Of a stretch of DNA of 64,000 nucleotides, positions 45,901 through 58,300 are shown piece by piece (position 1 is the stretch's first letter; each line of letters starts with the position of its first letter). Origin of the DNA: Zygnema circumcarinatum SAG 698-1b (lineage: Eukaryota > Plantae > Zygnematophyceae). A program made the position numbers and the translations under genes. The notes under the pieces were generated by a model that saw nothing but the letters and a program-made list of their open reading frames with translations, was not told where the DNA came from and ran no database searches. The stretch is taken from assembly GCA_037447605.1 (NCBI GenBank), contig CM074811.1:1488001-1552000 (forward strand), written 5' to 3'.

Positions 45901-48900
45901 GTGAGGGAGGACGACGAACGGGAAAAGCGGATGCGTGAATGGAGGGAGGACGAGCAGGAAGAACGCAGGCGAGCCGGAAGGCAGAGAGGAGATGAAGGAC
46001 GGGATGACAAGCTTCGGGAAATGGTGAGCATAGGAGATGAACGTGAACCTGGCCGAGTAGAGAAATTGGTTGACGATGAGATGGCTGGAAAGTTGCATGC
46101 TGATGAACGCACGATTCGCAAACGGGGCAGCAGATACGATGGAAGAAAAGGAGACATTGATGAAAGGCGAAAAGGGAAACTTCACGAAGATGGAAAGGAT
46201 GATGATAAGGAAATTGCCATAGCTCTGACTGGCCGAGAACGTGAAGAACAGAAAGAACGTGAAAAAAGAGACGATACTAGAGGAGATTGGGAGGATAGGC
46301 AGCAAGCGAAGTTTCCAAGCAGGGGTTGGGAGCCTGTAGAGGATTTCCCAGAGCCGATAGAGGCAGATATGGGTAGAGACTATGATCCTGAAATTGTTCG
46401 TCCACGAGATTACAATCATGAAGAATTTAGCGCTCGGGAAAATGTTAGAGATCGCAGGGAGAAGCCGCCATGGGGAGGCCTCCAAGAAGGTCATGATTCA
46501 CGTGTTGGTACGGATGGTGAGCATGGGAGAGGCAGGGGACCAAGCCCGGAAAATGGCCCGAAATCATGGAGAGGTCGCCGCACCTATGATGAGGAGGAAA
46601 CCGAGCTGTCTAGAGATGGAGGACATCGGCGTCGGAGGTCAAAGGAACACAAGGTTGACGAGGATAGAGAAGTGACAAGGTGAAGCATTTTGACCCAATG
46701 CCCTTTCAAGAGCAAGATGGTGTATCTATGGCAATTCCTGATCTAGCAATGTGACTGAGATGAATGCTTACTATCTCCTCATTTTTGGGTTTCTTCTTTG
46801 TCGCGCATTCGAGTTATGGGCTGAAGTTTTATGATGGAAGGAGTTCTTTCCATCTGTAGCTTGCTTATTAGTGTCTTGATACTTCTCATCGGGTCACATC
46901 CCGTCTTCAACAATTTTATATCAGGTTGACACACACCATGTTGTAAGTGTCTAGAAGAAGTATTGACATTTTTTTGTGTGTTTTGATAGAGCTTGTCCAG
47001 TTGTGTGTGGCTATTTTTTTATGTGCGGTATGGTCTTGCATGAGTCATGCAGGCATCGCATGGATTTTGAAGAGCCGCGGGGTAGAGATGTTGACCGGGG
47101 ACGAGATAGGTATCCGAACAAGGATTGGGATTATCACGATGAAGGGCAGCCGCGACATGGGGATGCTCATGAGCGGGAAAGAGCTCGTGAGGGTCATTTT
47201 AGAGAAGAAGATGAATGGGGCCATGGCCGTAAAGGACCCAATTACGACTGGCATGAGCAATCTCACGATCGTCTAGAGGATTCTCGAGATCACAAAAGAC
47301 GAGGATATCGCCAATCTGCAAGAGATGAACCCCCATCTCCTGGTCGAAGGTCCATGCGCCGATCCATGTCCCCTTCTCTCCCTATGGAGGGAGGACATCG
47401 CTTTTCTCGGAATCGTCCACCACGTAGTGATGGGATGGAGCCCAGCATTAGTGGCAGTTCTGGAGGCCCAAGACGAGGAATGGGGGGGGGCTATCCCCCC
47501 TATGACAGAGCAGGTGATCAGAGACGCAAGCGACCATCCGGTGGGGCAATGGAGGATGATGTCCGCAGTGAAGCTGTGGAGAATGGCAACTACATGGCAC
47601 CCAGGAGGGGGCAGCCACATGGAGGTCGACCTGATGAGTCTATGAGTCCTCCTTGGAGAGGAGGAGGGCCACCTACTGGAGGAGGTCCTGGATTCTCCTC
47701 CGCGGGTTATGGGCCTGAGGGGGGAGGGTGGGCACCGGCACCCCCTCGGGTATCAAAATCAAAAGGCAGGAAAGATGAGAGACGTCGTACTGCAGGCTTG
47801 CCGGCTGGAGAAGGTGAAGGAGAGGCGACGGGGGCGGGCGAATTTATGCGGTCAGAGGAGACTTTAGAGGAGGATCGTAGTGGGGATCGCATGCAAAGCC
47901 CCTCTCAAATGGGTAGAACTGCAGCAGGAGGAAGCCCATTGCTGCATCCTCAAATGGCCCCCATGCCTCCGCCTTTGGGAGCCCCTCAACCTCCACTATT
48001 CAGACCTGGTCCGGATAGCTCGGTTGGGGTAGGGTCCCAATTTGATGATGGTAATGATCAGGTTCGGGGAAATCGTAAAGTGGGTCCTCCTCCGAATCGG
48101 AGAGGTGAACCTGCTCAAGGTATGATGCCTCAGGGGGGGCTGCCGGGGGACCATTGGAGGGGGGCTCCGCCGGTCATGGGGGGATGGCAGCCAATGGGAG
48201 GTCCTCCTATGGGCCCTGATGGAGTTTTCCCTCCCTACAGGGGATTCGGCCCTGTTCCTATGCCTAACAGCTTCCAAAACATGGGCCAACCAATGCCGCC
48301 TCCTATGATGTTTGGTCCTGGAAGGGGAGGTCCCATGGATATGCCGTATGGTGGGAGGGGGTTTAAGGGTCCGGGAAGGGGAATGGGAGAGGCTGGGGAT
48401 AGGTTTGGGGGTCGCAACAATAGAGGACTTGGACCTGGGTGGAGAGGCCCTGGGAGGGGGCAGCTAGAGGCCGGACCTGGCCCTCCTGGTATGTTGAGAC
48501 CATCCCCCCCTATGGAAGGTTGGAGTCAGCCTGACATGCAGAGGGGCAGGGGAGAGTGGGAGAGGCCCATGGGTGGGAGAGGATGGGAGGGCATGCCATG
48601 GGATGGGCGAGGAAGGGGCATGCCAGAACATGGAGGTTCAGGACCTGGGCCAGGGATGGGTCCTCCTGGGGGAATGTTCAAAGGGTGGGATGGAGGTATG
48701 GGAGGAGGGGGGTGGGCCCCACCTGGGGATCCTGTAAGGGATGGGGTTGAAAGGACTCCTCCAATGGAGAAGAAGCAAGGGACAGATATGCCACCAGGTG
48801 TTCCTCTATTGGAGCAAAGGAGTGGTGAGAGTGTTGGAATTGACATAACGCAACGACCTGGGAAGTCTGCTGGAAGAGGGCCTCTAGGGAGAGGTGAAGG

Positions 48901-51746
48901 AGGAGTTGCTGTTGAGGCATCAAGACCAAGCAAGCTCGCCATAGCTGCACTACATTCTCTGATTGCGCAGATTCCGGTCTCTGCAGAACTCGCAGGGATG
49001 GAACTCTACAAACAGTTTGTGGCCGTTTTGCCACCCTCCGCACAGATAGAGTCTATGTCGAATATGGGTGGAGAGCAGGCTGTGGCCAGCACTGAGGTAG
49101 ATGTGGAAGAGAGGGAGGAGCAGGAGGGTGTGAAGAAGAGAGAAGCGCACATCGCTGCTGCAGAGGTGAGCCTCGTCTTGTTCGAAGTTAACTTTTGTGC
49201 AGCACTTCCGCATAGCGGATCACATCGCAAGAATGTGTCGTGGATGCAGATGATTGTTTGTACAGAAGCCATCGTGAGCATTTTAGCTATTGTTGAACTG
49301 CCAGCAATTTTAGTTCCATTAGCCTACACGCTGTAGGTCTTTCACAAAACGTCATGATGAAGAGTATGTCATAGAATGACTTTCAATCTTTGACCAGTGT
49401 AACTCAGGCTCGTGGTTTTGTGGCCAGCAACTATGGCTAGTTGACATAACCTGAAGTCGGTCTAAATTGACCTGCGTGGTTGTCAGAGAGGATGCTGAGG
49501 ATCAGCCAAACGTCATGAGTCCTCAATTGAAGTCAGCACCTTTCGTTTTTATGGATAATATGCATGAGCATTTCATATTTTGGCTGCCACTTCTTTTTCC
49601 ATTTGATGGAAGGTGCAGTGATTTTGCGTAGTGGATGGAACAAATCTGACTCACTGTTCGAAAAAAAACATCTCCTTTGGCTAATCGTTGTTATTGAATC
49701 TTTTGTGTCAAGCGTTCCTTCTGATTTTGTAAAAGCATCACCTATTTGAATATTGCATTTCATACTCTATGACCACTTCAATCCTTTTGCTCTTTGCCTG
49801 CCGCGTTTTTCTTCGCAGGTTGCATTGGAAAAACTGCGACTTCAGGCAGAGCCGCCTGTTGCCCTACTACCGACTCTCCCTGAAAGGGTCGTTGAGGTAT
49901 GGCTGCTTCTTACTCATCTTGTGATATTATTTTTTCATCGATCGGAATCTCGCATTTTACTGTAGCTGCTTAACGTGGTCATCGTCGTCGCATTCTTACT
50001 CCCAGATAACAAAAGATTGTTATTGACGATTTCAGGGTTATCCCGGAGTTCTAAAGAAAGATGCTTGTGTTTCTGTACGCATGTTCTGCCATATTGCAGG
50101 CTGCACTTGCTGCGTATCGCAGGCCATTGACCGACGGGTCGAAGAGGTTGCTAAAGTCGGCTGTTGGTTCCTTTCTTCTCCCCTTTGAACCTCCCATAAT
50201 CAACTCCATGCCTGTTTTCCAGCCTTTACAGCCGTCGGAAACCAAGAGCCTGTCCCTGCCTGTATCAACATCAGTTGAGAATCGAAGGGAGGATGAAGTT
50301 CCAACAGAGAGTGATCTTGCGTGTAGGATGGGAGTAGGTACATTCGTGGGTTTCAGCATGATGGGGGAGGCAGCTGAGAATCCAAATTGTGAAGATGCAG
50401 AAGTTGGTCAAGCAGGGAACGCAGAGGAGACGGTCGGAGGAGGAAAGAAAGGAAATGACGGCAATGAAGTTCAGGAAGATAAAAAACGCAGAAGCCAAGG
50501 TCCCCCAGTGCATGGGAGGGGAGATGCGAGGTCTCAATGGGCCCCTGAAGAAGAAGATGCATATCAGGATGCAGTGGACTATGAACCGGCTCCGGGTGAG
50601 GATGAATTTTACGCTGCAGGACATGCAGATTCCGTGCGAGCTGCAACAGTTCAGCAAGATTCTGCTACTGAGCTTGGATGGAACGTTGCGGAATCACAGG
50701 AATGGCCGGTGGGGGGGGTTCAGATGACCCAATCGGAGGTCATTGTAGGACAAAGGGAAGAAGGTGCAGGAAAGGAAACCAATGGTGGCTCTGCAGGAGC
50801 TGTAGGAGGGCAATGGCCAGCAGATGCAGAGCAGATGGAACAAGTTTCTTCTGTGAAGGTGGAAACACAGGAGATACTTGCGGAAAGAGCAGCTTTAGGG
50901 GCTGAAGACCATCCACTAGATTCTCATCCTGCAGAAGATGCTCCTGTAGCAGAGCTGGCAGGAGGCGATGTACTGGACATTGGGGAGGATATTGCTAAGG
51001 GTGAAGGAGAAGTAGAGTCTGTGGAGAAACTGGAGGGGCAGTTGGAGCAGGACATGAAGTCATTGGAAGCTGCAGCAGGAGCAGCCGGTCTTTCGACTGG
51101 TGGTGCACAGTGGGAAGATTCTTCAGTCGAACAGTGGACGATCAGAGCAGGCACAGGGTTAGCTTTTGCAGAGAATGGCATGAACACGATGGTCGATAGG
51201 GAATCTCCCCACGAAGAGGGCTCGAAGATTGACACAGTATTCGCTTCGGAGGTAGGGTTGGACTTGGGATTGGGTGCAGGAGGAGGAGAAAGTCAGTCCG
51301 TGGTACACTCACAGTCGTACTTGTCTGCAGATGTGTCGTGGTCTGCGGAAGCCGTTGAGGTGCCAATCTTTGCTCAGGGCTACAATGGAGGAACAGACTT
51401 TCCTGCAGATAATAGGGCAGACGAGGCAACAGGGAGAGAAGATGAGACACTGGAGTCCCTCCAAGTGCTGGACAGATTAGGAATAGGAGATCAAGATGTA
51501 GCGGAAGGGACTGAAGCTGAACAGCAGGTGCAGTGGAATGGGAAAGAAGTGAATCCTGTGCAGGAAGGAGTTGGAAAACGAGGCAAGAAGAACAAAAAAG
51601 AGCCGGTGAAACCTAGAACTGGAAGCCGTCGACGAGGAGGCAAAGCTGCACCTGTAGATGAAACTCCCCCTCCTCCTGCTGTTGTAGAAGTGCCTGAAGT
51701 TAGGAAGCGCGTTACCCGGAGCAGCATACGGAACATGTCCTGCTAG
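42944..51746 (+). CDS. Large low-complexity nuclear-type protein, 1954 aa, tentatively HIZ2/FLACC (ZC3H13-like m6A writer subunit); exons 42944-43646, 45356-46679, 47053-49165, 49819-49896, 50100-51746
   Basis: The five-exon model is in phase. It has R/D/E-rich and then G/P/M/W-rich regions. A short ordered block (IAQIPVSAELAGMELYKQFVAVL...LLPTLPERVVEAALAAYRR) resembles the conserved block of plant HIZ2-like proteins from memory; no search was run. Confidence 0.6.
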
Positions 51747-52915
51747 ACTTACCTTCAAAGTGCCCTTTGGGGTATTCCGGGTGAACGAGGGCGCATAAGG
51801 AACAGCGACCTGGCTGGGGATACAGCGCGCTTGGGAGGCCAAGGCAGCACGTCGAGAGGCAAAGTGCAGAGGCTTTGTATGAGGCGTCTAAGGACTGTCA
51901 TTTTAGGAGACTATTTGATGTGGGAGTCCCCTCCTGCTGTCGTGAAGGTTGCATAATTTGTTCTGCATTGTCCACCAACGCGACTGGTGCAGTCCTGCGT
52001 GGGTGCCTGAGTTTGCGGGGCGTAGCGGGACAGCAATAACTGAAAAATAGAACTTGTGGAGCTGCACGTGGTTGGTTCTGCCTGTGAGCGGGAGCGTGGG
52101 GCTGTGGCCGACCTCGGGGCAGTGTAGCAGCTGCTGACTTGTGCATGCGTGCCTCCACCTCTGCCTCTCGCTCCAACCAACCAATGGACCAACCATTGTG
52201 TGGAGCTCTGCTTCTGCCGCCAATGCAACACCAGGCTGCACTGCCACCCCCTCGCCCGCTTGCCCTCGCTTGTTGGGTCTGCTCGCTGTCCTCCAGAACG
52301 CTAGGCAATTGGTTTGTGGTAAGGTATCCGTTTGTCAATATGGTTCATGTGTTGAGGTGGCGGGGCGCTCTGCTCCAACTGCTACTGTGAACCTGCCCAA
52401 TTAGCTCTTGTGCTGTAGCGAGTCTGGCAGCAGCAGCAGGAGAGAATAAGGACACCTCGGAGGTGACAGCTCGCCTTCAGAATGTGAAAGTGGTGTATGT
52501 GAAGCAGGGACAGGCTTAGTCCCATGGTGGTCGTGTCAAATATGGCGTCTGACATCGGACAAATTCGATCAGCAGACCCTTGTTGGCACCTTTAAAGGTC
52601 CGGTTCCTGTACAGAGGGCAGCGCTGCTTTCCTTCAGCTCTGCTTCCTCAATTGGCCCTTCTGCGATCACAATCGACGGCAGTCGTGCGCCGGCGAGCCA
52701 CCACCGTCGGATGCAGCACGCTCGCTAAAGTCACGAAACAGCCTTTCGTGATTCATCCCCTCTTTAAAGTCACGAAGGTGTTTCCAGAATTACACTTATC
52801 GAGACTCCCACATGACTTTACGGTTTATTAACTTTATTTTTTACTTTGCATTTGAAGCTTTCCAAAAGAGACGCAGCAGCAGGTGGAGCAGGGCAGTGCT
52901 CGGGCTCGACAGGCC

Positions 52916-54739
52916 ATGGCGGTCTCGGAGGTTGACCCGCCGAGCGAAGCCGACTGTTTGCGCAGCCTTCACCTCCGCAGCACCGCTTCCCTGCGCTCGT
53001 TTCTGCAGCGCGCGCTGGAGTCCGCTGCTCTGTCGGGAGAAGAACAGCGTGTTATCAAAGCATACACGGAAACACAAGATGGCGATCCAATTCGCTACCA
53101 GCTTCTTAGAATCTGCTCGACGAGGCTCCGTGAGCGGGGAGAAGGGGAGGCGGTCTGGCTCCACGAATCTGTCACAGGAAGCGATGCGGTCCTTTTGAAA
53201 CCGAAGGCTCCAGAAAAGGTGAATGCGCCGACCAACAGGCTGCAGGCTGCTAGGATGCAAGGCTGCTGCTTCTGGAAAATTGTGAAACTCTGTAATGTTT
53301 GCAACCTGAAATGATTTGCGCCGTTTTAATGATGCAAAGTCATTTACAACGACCAAACAGCTTTAGAGAGCTGGTGTGTTGTCCAACTTCGCCACAGCGG
53401 TCCATGAATTAACTTTTTGAAAAAGAAGACATTGGAATTTATATGGGTATTTGACCTACCACCAGAGAAAAGGAAGATGCTTTTTTTTAAGTCTTGCGCC
53501 GCATTATCGAAAATACCACACACAAATACTTCATATGGATGATGATGTTGCTACCCTTAGAAGTCCGCTACTTGAGAAAGTGCTTTTCTTGGATGCTGCG
53601 GATAGCAATGCTTAACGTCGCGCTAAATTGCACACTTGCGGAACATCTGCAATTGAGGCTGCAAAGAAAATTTGCAAGTTTGAACTCATGGATGTTGAGC
53701 CTTTTATGGATGCAACTTGTTTCCTCGAGTTTCCAGACTTAAATCCCCCTACAATATATCCCGGTATATAGCACTTGAATTCTTAACCTTCTGTTGTTGT
53801 CAAGTATTTCGCCTTGATCTGAGCGCACAAAGTGAGGGGGTGCAGCCTTGGAGTGGGTGCAGAGTGAGGAGCTCAAGGCGAGGCTGGCTCAGCTGCAAGA
53901 GGAGGTCGATAGGAAAGAGTATGCGGAGCTGGTGAAGGATGTAACAAGAGGTGACAGGCGGCAGAAAGACAGAGTATTTATCGGATCTTATCGCGAGCAG
54001 CTGGGTTTCGGTAAGTTGCAGTGGCCCACCCTATCCTTGCATGCAACTTCTGCATGTATTTCAAATTCTTTCATGATACCGTCATTCACCTTCACCCTAC
54101 GTCCTCACGTCAGCTCATTCCTAATCTAGTCAGGCTCACTGGAGAGTTCTGGCCGAGGCTTTAGAGGAGTGTTGCCTTGCGGCTGTGGAGAGAGCAGCTC
54201 TGCTCTACCTACAAAAGCAGCATTTTGTGACTTATTTTTTTTGCGCGCGCCTCTGCAGGTTTACATGTTGCTGCCATTATGTTCACAGGCTTCGTCTTTG
54301 GCTACACCGTGTTTCGCTCACAGTTCCCAGACCAGCCAGTGCTGGTGAGGCATCGGCACTTTTCTTCACAGATCTTCCACATGCTGCTGCCAGTTCAAGC
54401 TTACAGATTGTCTTGCTCTCAAGCTATCGTTCAATCCAGCACCCACAGTTGTTACTGATTGACCCGTTTACTGTTTGCTTGCCATGGTTGAATTCTGTCA
54501 ATTGGTTACAGCACGCGGCAGGAGGCACTGTCGGGCTCATCATCGGAATGTTTGTTGAAGTCATTCTCTTCATGATCCGGGCAGCGCGGGTTGACGATGA
54601 AAATGAGAAGGCCAGTAAAAGGAGGAGAGAGGTACAGGCAGGAAGGAGAGGCCCTGCCGTTGCTGGCAGCTCAGCAAGCACATCTCCACCCATAGATAGT
54701 GGGATTCAAGTGCAGCCATCCAAGCGAAAATTTCTCTGA
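52916..54739 (+). CDS. VMA12: V-ATPase assembly factor Vma12/TMEM199, 254 aa; exons 52916-53218, 53863-54010, 54259-54344, 54512-54739
   Basis: SEELKARLAQLQEEVDRKEYAELVKDV is followed by two TM helices (GLHVAAIMFTGFVFGY; GGTVGLIIGMFVEVILFMIR). The C-terminal KRKFL fits a KxKxx ER-retrieval signal. Confidence 0.88.
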
Positions 54740-55374
54740 AAGAAATGGAGCACTGTGGCTCTATTGGTGACACCCAGCTCAGAAACTGAGGAACTTGTGA
54801 AAACTGTGCTATGTGGACTCTTGACTAAGAGCTTGTATGCAAGTGGCCGTGTAATACTCATTCTTGTGAAATTGCCCATGTGTTGGGTTTTGTAAGGTGC
54901 TTAGCAATGCATGAAGGTTGCTGTGGATTATGTTCCTAAAAGTGCTGTTTGTGAAAGAATAGGACAATGCGACATGTGACCCATGTCCTTTGAATTAACT
55001 TATGAATGGGAAAGTGCAGCCTGTTGTATGATATGGTAAACTGAGGTAGCTCAAGGGGCAGTTATCACCTCTACATTGCTTTGCTTTCAGATTTGAGTCC
55101 AACATCAAGTAGAAAAAAAGGAACATTGAATGCCATAAGGCTACTCCCATACCATACTTTAACAAGAGCCAATGCCTGCGCCTGACATAGCTTGAAGACC
55201 ACTAGGAAGTGCGCGCCTATTGGAAAACATTCATTTTTGGATAACCTCCAAGTGGAAGTTAATTTGCGGTAACCTCCTGCTTAAGTGCTTCAGCTTCTAA
55301 CCTACGCTCCCTCTTAGTACCCCTCCCTCCCGCTCCTTCCATAAATCAGTTTTGAGCTTTCTTTCGTGAAGTCA

Positions 55375-58300
55375 TCAACCCATTTTGTTCTGTATTTGCC
55401 GGTGGACGTAAACAAGGAACTCCACATATGACATGCCGCTGAGCCCCCTGTCCTCCACCAGCTGCTGCAAAAACAAGGTCTCTGCGCCCTCTCACAAGCC
55501 AACACGGGGCAAGATCAGTCGCCAGCCTCTCTCCCTCCCCCCTCCACTCTCTCGCTCCCTCTCTCCCTCACTCGCCAACGACGCTATTGGGCCCATGAAC
55601 AGACCAGCTGACCTCAACATGGCAAGCTAGAGCTGTGCTCAGCATCCCAGTGGTGTATGGAGAAAAAGGGAACGCGGGAAAAAGGAACATGGACATTAAG
55701 ATTATCATTCTATAACCGTGAACATGAACGCCTTTCCATTACCGGTGCTTGTTACTTGCTTCCTTATTCTCTATTTCCTAATGCACATTCGACTTCAACT
55801 GGGCAATGGGTCAACAACAAGCCCTTTCTAAGGCAGAAGGGTGGAACCACCGCATATAAGAAACAAATTCCAACAGAACAAGCCTTCTAGCATAGACGAC
55901 GTCTCAAAGGGCCGGGCAGGTAAGGAGCAACTTGAAACCCACCTGATGGATCGCCTCTTTTCAGTACGCGCAACCTGCAAACGACCAGAACCCGAGCCCC
56001 ACCCCATTCGACACGTGATTTGCCAGTCATAACATCTTTCACAAAAGAATCTTCACACTCGCAAGACTGACAGGCCGGACTCAGATGGGGCCACTTCCTC
56101 AATCATGCTCCATCAGAGAATCTCTGACATGTCACCTCAATCAAATTGTCAGAATTCTAGCAACCTATAAAACGAGAGGCAGACCTGAATGGTAGCTTTG
56201 GACATAGTTCTCTACACACTTTATAAGATAAAAAGAGTTCAGTTCAACGATAGAGGGGAAGTTTTGAGGCTGACCGCAGATACGAGCAGCGCTGGCCCCG
56301 GATGGTGTTCAATATCGAATTCAGCGTCTTGGATGCAGGGTTGTCATACTCTTGCAGAACATACTGCCATTCAAAGCAGTAATTCAGTAAGGGCCATTCT
56401 TCTGAACTGAACCATTAGTCTTCTCCTTGCCGGATAGTGACAAGTCACCATGGAAAAAAGGCAATTTCACAATCAAAGCATCTCTACAAGTGCAAAAGCT
56501 ATTTGAAAGATCACGAGTATCAAGGAGTAAAGTACGCCCGATTCTTGAGTATGAAGGCAGAAGCTCTGGGCTTACTGGGCCGGGTACAACTGCCTCAATT
56601 GAAGGGACTCCCAATATCTGTTGAATGAGCTCCGGTGGCGAAGCTTTTCCCACTAAAAGAAGTGCATCTTCACCGTTCTCTAGCAAAAAAATGCCCTCCT
56701 GCTCCAGTTTTTCACTGGAGAGGCTGACTGTCGGAGGCAAACCCTCTGCTGATAACTCAAAGGCAGCGTTCTGCCCATCCTGCACACACTAATTCACATG
56801 ACAGGATCAAGACCTTCTAGAAGCACTGTTGGAACAATTTTGAACTGACATCCGAACAATAAGTATTTTGGCAAGCAACCATAAGTCAAAAGCAAACAAT
56901 GGATTTACCTGTGCAAGCAAAGCATGCAGTGCGAACATTCTCGGATAGACGAGAGGCACCGCCAAAGAGACCAGTAAAGAGTGGGCCCTCGCCAGCCAGT
57001 AAGCTCTCTCATCAATCTTTGCTTCATTTCTGAGACCGCCACTTTTATTCAGAGCTGCATGCATCACACAATTCTAAGTCAGATCACAGCAGGAGGGTTA
57101 GCCATGACTATCATGCCGGATGGATAATATCTCTGAAGCCATGTGCGTCTATGCTTCAAGTTTCAACTTTGCAAAAGTCTTGCTAAGACCGAGTCTACAG
57201 ATAACATCATCATTACTCTTTTATTCTCACAACTAGGACTAAATAATCATGCGACCCTGCTAACTACCAGGTAATGTGAAGCTTGACGTACAATAACACA
57301 CATTTACAACGACAAAAAACGTAAACATCGACAGACAAAGAAAAGAAATGCATCATCTACGTCTGAACCAACCCTCTCCACACACACACAAGAACAGGGC
57401 CTTTCCAATCCAATCCTGTCTTTCAACTCTCAGAGCGCTATGTACCCTCCCTCATTTCAGTCATGTGCAGAGCCTACCGAGCGTGTAGAGAGGGAGCAGC
57501 TTCAGGGCTTCAGGCAGAATCAGTTGTCCACTAGAGCTGGCAGTAGCACAGAACTTGCGATACGCATAGAGAATGTTGACACACTGTTGAACGGAACTGT
57601 CGCGCACAGATAACAAAGGCTGCTGTGGGGCCTCTATGGCAGCTGCAAGCAAGTCCAATTACCATCCTCTTCAGTCAGAAACAGAAATTTCCTCTTCTTT
57701 ACAGCAGCAGTGATTAGGACAGCTCTCGTTCAGTGGACCCTCCTTAAGTTAGTTAAACAAGGTAAGGCTGCATTTCTGCAAACCACGGACTGAGAGACTG
57801 TCAGAACCCAATGGGCGAAGGCTGCACAAATCTCCTTTGGAATGAATGGTAAGAAGAGCTTCAAACAACTACCACACAGAGCGATAATTTCTCAATTGTG
57901 CTTTGCAAAAGAAAGGCAAGCTCATCCAAGGAGGGAGAAAAAAGAGGTGCAGCTTGCAAGTGCAGAGTTTATATGTTTGAGACTCTTGCTAAGTCAGCGC
58001 AGAAAACAGGGGATGCAGAGCAAGCACATGCCAGTAAAGGCCTGTGTCTTAGGACTTACAGTGTCTCAAAAAATAAGAGAATTGGGCGTCCAGATCAGCT
58101 CCCCTGAAGAGGTTAGAGAGGACCGTGGTAGTGGGCAGGGAGAGAGTGTGGACTCGAACTCTCCGCTCCCCAGTGAGAGTGGTGTACAAGATGGCACTCT
58201 GCAGCCCCCACCAGCGCTCACCGCTTCAGCAGAAGAGACATGCGTGACGGAGACTGATTCGAAAATTTCAGAGTAAAAATCGAGAGCAAGGAGCATCCTA

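Noticed and set aside
49354-49455. Intronic C/D box snoRNA (ATGATGA...CTGA)
   Set aside because: There is no terminal stem and no recognisable rRNA guide, so the boxes alone are insufficient.
33030-52900. Nitrate assimilation gene cluster as in Chlamydomonas or fungi
   Set aside because: No nitrite reductase, NRT2, NAR1/NAR2 or Moco-synthesis gene is recognisable near NR in this window.
54880-54900. TGTAA as an algal polyadenylation signal
   Set aside because: It occurs after some genes but not consistently, and the pentamer is too common to call without 3'-end data.
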